NCBI GenBank assembly: GCA_949746985.1
Contig: CATKDV010000165.1
Location: 1-60,167 of the forward strand
DNA from: an uncultured Eubacteriales bacterium
GTDB lineage: Bacteria > Bacillota > Clostridia > Oscillospirales > Oscillospiraceae
Direction of reading: 5' to 3'
DNA: 60,167 nucleotides
In this document: piece by piece, positions 57,176 to 60,167 of the stretch
Layout: each line of letters opens with the position of its first letter
Position numbering within the stretch: position 1 is the stretch's first letter
Translations under genes and position numbers: made by a program
The notes under the pieces: generated by a model
The model's database searches: none
Seen by the model: the letters and a program-made list of their open reading frames with translations, nothing else
What the model was told of the DNA's origin: nothing

Positions 57176-58369
57176 ATGAAGATCCTTGTTATCAATGCAG
57201 GCAGTTCCTCCCTCAAGTATCAGCTTATGGATTCTATCAGCCATGACGTTTTGGCTAAGGGCCTGTGTGAGCGTATCGGTATTGACGGCCGTCTGACCCA
57301 CAAAGTCCCCGGTAAGGAGGACTATAAGGCCGACATCCCCATGCCCACCCACGGAGAGGCCATTCAGTCCGTGCTGGACGCTTTAGTCTCCCCTGAGCAA
57401 GGCGTTATCTCCGACATAAAGGAGATCGACGCGGTGGGCCACCGGGTCCTCCACGGCGGTATGGCCTTTACCGAAAGCTGCATCGTAGATGACGCCTGCA
57501 TTGCCGCCATCAAAGAATGTATCCCCCTGGGCCCTCTTCACAACCCCGCCAACCTCATGGGGATCGAGGCCTGCCAGAGAGTGATGGCCGGCACTCCCCA
57601 GGTGGCTGTATTCGATACGGCTTTCCACATGACCATGCCGGAAAAGGCGTATACCTACGCCATTCCCTATGAGTATTATGAGAAGGACAAGGTCCGCCGC
57701 TATGGTTTCCACGGTACCTCTCACCGCTATGTATCCGCCCGGGCAGCCGATATGCTGGGCAAGCCCGCAAAAGATCTGAAGATCATTACCTGCCATCTGG
57801 GCAATGGCTCCTCTCTGGCGGCGGTGAAGGGCGGCAAGTGCATGGACACCACCATGGGCCTTGGCCCTCTGGCCGGCTTCCCCATGGGCACCCGCTCCGG
57901 CGATATTGACGCCACTATCATGGAGTACCTCATGGGCCGGTATGGCTATGACATCAAGGAGATGCTGAACATCCTCAACAAGAAGTCCGGTGTGCTGGGC
58001 ATCTCCGGGGTGTCCTCCGACTTCCGGGACATCGGCGCCGCCGCCGAGGCGGGCAATCACCGCGCTCAGCTGGCTCTGGACGTATTCTATTACAGCGTGA
58101 AGAAGTACGTCGGCGCTTACGCCGCCGCCATGGGCGGGGTGGACGCTATCGTCTTCACCGCCGGCGTAGGGGAAAACGACGCTGCCGCCCGGATGGCCAT
58201 CGCCTCAGGGCTGGAGTACATGGGTGTGAAGATGGACGAGGACGCCAACAATGTTCGGGGCAAGGAGGCGGTCATCTCCGCCCCCGACTCCAAGGTCCAG
58301 GTCCTGCTCATCCCCACCAACGAAGAACTCATGATCGCCATGGACACCGCCGAGTTGGTCGGGAAATAA
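57176..58369 (+). CDS. ackA: Acetate kinase
   Basis: INAGSSSLK, GHRVLHGG, PLHNP, FDTAFH, HLGNG, TNEE. Confidence 0.97.
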   Translation: MKILVINAGSSSLKYQLMDSISHDVLAKGLCERIGIDGRLTHKVPGKEDYKADIPMPTHGEAIQSVLDALVSPEQGVISDIKEIDAVGHRVLHGGMAFTESCIVDDACIAAIKECIPLGPLHNPANLMGIEACQRVMAGTPQVAVFDTAFHMTMPEKAYTYAIPYEYYEKDKVRRYGFHGTSHRYVSARAADMLGKPAKDLKIITCHLGNGSSLAAVKGGKCMDTTMGLGPLAGFPMGTRSGDIDATIMEYLMGRYGYDIKEMLNILNKKSGVLGISGVSSDFRDIGAAAEAGNHRAQLALDVFYYSVKKYVGAYAAAMGGVDAIVFTAGVGENDAAARMAIASGLEYMGVKMDEDANNVRGKEAVISAPDSKVQVLLIPTNEELMIAMDTAELVGK

Positions 58370-58379
58370 ACCCATTTGC

Positions 58380-58418
58380 AAAAAGGCCCTCCATCCGCCT
58401 GGATGGGGGGCCTTTTTT
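58380..58418. terminator. Bidirectional terminator between ackA and the DUF3021 gene
   Basis: AAAAAGGCCCTCCATCC...GGATGGGGGGCCTTTTT. Confidence 0.8.
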
Positions 58419-58424
58419 CTCCGT

Positions 58425-58850
58425 TTATCCCCTTTCCCCTACCTGCCGGTTCATCCGCTCCACATTGGTCTTGACCCCCCGGTAGATAAACAGCCAGATG
58501 AGGGCATAGCCCGTGAAAAAGATCACGGTAAACGCCAGAATGGGGGTCTGGGCATACTTGAGCCAGCCGTTGAAGAGATAAATCAGGATATAGTCGGCGT
58601 ACAGCACCAGGGCGTGGATCAGGGTGGCGGCCATGAGGCTCAGCCGCTCTGCCCGGTAGACCACCGGGATGCCTCCGGCGATAAAGGCCAGGACCGTTAC
58701 GGTGAGGATTCCACGGACCACCTCCTCCACGGAGAGGGAGGAGATAACGCCATACCGCTCCAGGAAATAGTAGACGACGGCCAAAATGACAGGGCCTCCC
58801 GCCGCCACCATCAGACCTTTTTTGAAAAACTCTTTTACCAAAGGCTTCAT
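58425..58850 (-). CDS. DUF3021 membrane protein (LytTR regulatory system inhibitor, BrsM-like)
   Basis: Four TM helices, GGPVILA, VYRAERLSL, H..., NGW; coupled to the LytTR gene. Confidence 0.85.
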   Translation of the reverse strand: MKPLVKEFFKKGLMVAAGGPVILAVVYYFLERYGVISSLSVEEVVRGILTVTVLAFIAGGIPVVYRAERLSLMAATLIHALVLYADYILIYLFNGWLKYAQTPILAFTVIFFTGYALIWLFIYRGVKTNVERMNRQVGERG

Positions 58851-59287
58851 TTGATACCCATCCTTTCCTTAATGGCCCGAAAACACCGCCGGGACACATA
58901 GTCCTGATAGCCGCATTGGAACGTCACGTCCACCGCCCCATTGAAGGCGGCGGTAAACCGCTCGATCCGGTCCCGATTGGCGATGGCAGACTTATTGATG
59001 CGAAAGAAGCTGTCTGGCAGGAGCTTTTCCACCTCGTAAAGCCGGGCCTTCAAAAGATACCTCTCCCCCCGGCTGTCAATGGCGTAGGTCCTATCCTCCT
59101 GGACCAGGATACACTCAATGTCCCGAAAGAGCAGCTCCCTCCACTCCTCCTCCCGGTAGCCGATGATCCGGTCCGCCTCCCGCCCCAGGACCAAAGCCTC
59201 CAGGCTGTCAACAAACTCCGTATGCCGGTGGACTACGGCCAGGACCTCCTCCTCCCCGTCCGGGTCGATCTGTATGCGGAATCTCAT
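58847..59287 (-). CDS. LytTR family DNA-binding regulator without receiver domain (BrsR-like)
   Basis: RLYEVE, FFRINKSAIAN, VSRR; AAAGGAGG before ATG 59287. Confidence 0.9.
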   Translation of the reverse strand: MRFRIQIDPDGEEEVLAVVHRHTEFVDSLEALVLGREADRIIGYREEEWRELLFRDIECILVQEDRTYAIDSRGERYLLKARLYEVEKLLPDSFFRINKSAIANRDRIERFTAAFNGAVDVTFQCGYQDYVSRRCFRAIKERMGIK

Positions 59288-59309
59288 GCGTCTTCCTCCT
59301 TTCGGGGCC

Positions 59310-59378
59310 ATTATAGCATCTCCCGAAACAAAATGGGGGATTTCCCGGGCAACGGTCTGTTCCACGGGGTGAACGGCA
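59310..59378 (-). promoter_or_regulatory. LytTR boxes and extended -10 of the LytTR operon
   Basis: CCGTT repeats at 59372-59376 and 59351-59355 (21-bp period), then TGCTATAAT with no clear -35. Confidence 0.7.
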
Positions 59379-59380
59379 AA

Positions 59381-59411
59381 AGCAGACCCCGGCCCATGAC
59401 CGGGGTCTGCT
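59381..59411 (-). terminator. Terminator after the RNHCP gene
   Basis: AGCAGACCCCGG-N7-CCGGGGTCTGCT followed by Ts on the minus strand. Confidence 0.8.
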
Positions 59412-59422
59412 CTCCGTTTTCT

Positions 59423-59833
59423 TCAATAGCCCAGCCCCTCCATCATCTCCCCCATCCGTTCGATGGGAAAGGGCGGCTGACCCAGAGGGCCTGCCGCGAT
59501 GCTGAGGAGCTTAGCCGGGTTATCGTCCGCCGCCGTCCGATTGGAGCTGAGCGCCCCGCAGCGGCGGCAGCGGTGAATGACCGCCCACTCCCCTCCCCTG
59601 CGGACCCAGACGGCGATGGGATCCATCAGCCCGCCGCAGTCGCTCTGTCGGTCCCCGGGCTCTATGTCCACATGGAGGCTCACAAGGCAATTGGGACAGT
59701 GGTTGCGGTGTCCGCTGCCCGCCCCGTCAGGGAACACCGGGCGGCCACACTGCTTGCAGGTAAACATATCCTTGCAGGGATGGATCTTATAATAGCCTTT
59801 TTCGTACTGTTTTCTCTTATTTTCCCGATTCAT
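59423..59833 (-). CDS. RNHCP domain protein
   Basis: FTCKQCG, RNHCPNCL.SLHVD, PGDR..CGG.M.PI, HRCRRCG, ADD. Confidence 0.93.
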   Translation of the reverse strand: MNRENKRKQYEKGYYKIHPCKDMFTCKQCGRPVFPDGAGSGHRNHCPNCLVSLHVDIEPGDRQSDCGGLMDPIAVWVRRGGEWAVIHRCRRCGALSSNRTAADDNPAKLLSIAAGPLGQPPFPIERMGEMMEGLGY

Positions 59834-59904
59834 TTCAGTTTCCTCCTGAAGCTTGATGTCATCTTCCGGGAGGAGTGCGGATCGGACCTACGCAGACCTC
59901 CCGG

Positions 59905-59943
59905 TCAGCGGCCAATCACCGAATCAAAGTATGCTGTCTTCAC
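59905..59943 (-). CDS. Putative 12-aa leader peptide of the RNHCP gene
   Basis: GGAAAGGAG RBS, GTG start, MKTAYFDSVIGR; the stop abuts a GC hairpin. Confidence 0.65.
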   Translation of the reverse strand: MKTAYFDSVIGR

Positions 59944-59977
59944 AAAACAAAACTCCTTTCCTTTTGAGTACAGCGGC

Positions 59978-60006
59978 AGTATATCACAGCTCTTGGCCTT
60001 TTTCAA
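59978..60006 (-). promoter_or_regulatory. Sigma-A promoter of leader and RNHCP gene
   Basis: TTGAAA-N17-TATACT with extended TG. Confidence 0.8.
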
Positions 60007-60021
60007 GTTTCAAGAGATGAA

Positions 60022-60054
60022 AAGAGGAGGGGTGACCTTGTCACCTCTCCTCTT
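60022..60054 (-). terminator. Terminator after gdhA
   Basis: AGAGGAGGGGTGAC-CTT-GTCACCTCTCCTCT hairpin followed by Ts on the minus strand. Confidence 0.75.
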
Positions 60055-60077
60055 CCCCTTTTCCCGTGTAATTCTCT

Positions 60078-60167
60078 TTATACGATGCCCTGAGCCAGCA
60101 TAGCCTCGGCCACCTTCAGGAAGCCCGCGATGTTGGCGCCGGCCACCAGGTTGCCCTCCATGCCGTA
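60078..60167 (-). CDS. gdhA: NADP-specific glutamate dehydrogenase, C-terminal fragment (5' end outside the window)
   Basis: Manual translation YGMEGNLVAGANIAGFLKVAEAMLAQGIV*, the GdhA C-terminus. Confidence 0.92.
   Translation of the reverse strand, partial: YGMEGNLVAGANIAGFLKVAEAMLAQGIV

Noticed and set aside
58916-60103. 395-aa plus-strand ORF
   Set aside because: Antisense to the LytTR and RNHCP genes and crosses terminators.
1-60167. CRISPR array, IS element, prophage or rRNA
   Set aside because: No spaced repeats, transposase or phage motifs, or rRNA-like stretch; nearly all the sequence is explained by recognisable genes.

Overview
This 60 kb window is core chromosome from a spore-forming, moderately GC-rich Clostridia genome; gene order and content suggest Oscillospiraceae (inference). 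Most genes are on the minus strand. Conserved blocks: spoVM-sipL-like-spoIVA; yicC-remA-gmk-rpoZ-priA-def-fmt-rsmB-(EFR1)-rlmN-prpC-prkC-rsgA; cdaA-cdaR-DUF5685-J-domain; carD-ispD-ispF; scpA-scpB-ytfI-ytfJ-dac-rluB-rpiR-HI0933-cmk-plsC-ispH/rpsA; tig-clpP-clpX-yihA; rplS, rbgA, rnhB, yraN, thrC; a spoIVFA/FB-like pair; tRNA-Pro(CGG); an SLH-GH5; fbp; tmcAL/ackA; a LytTR/DUF3021 pair; an RNHCP gene; and the 3' end of gdhA. I saw no integrase, transposase, prophage or CRISPR array. Features missing from the ORF track: spoIVA, spoVM and a coupled 56-aa membrane ORF, a 27-aa ORF with its own promoter, RBS and terminator behind a perfect WalR-type box, a 12-codon leader with anti-SD switch before the RNHCP gene, an internal promoter and RBS inside ispH-rpsA, an expanded L19 leader and two frameshifted pseudogenes. 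The most speculative candidate system is a DUF5685 protein with isoprenoid-synthase-like Asp motifs coupled to a J-domain protein with a Cys-rich tail ending in -CC. All calls come from reading the sequence; no searches were run.
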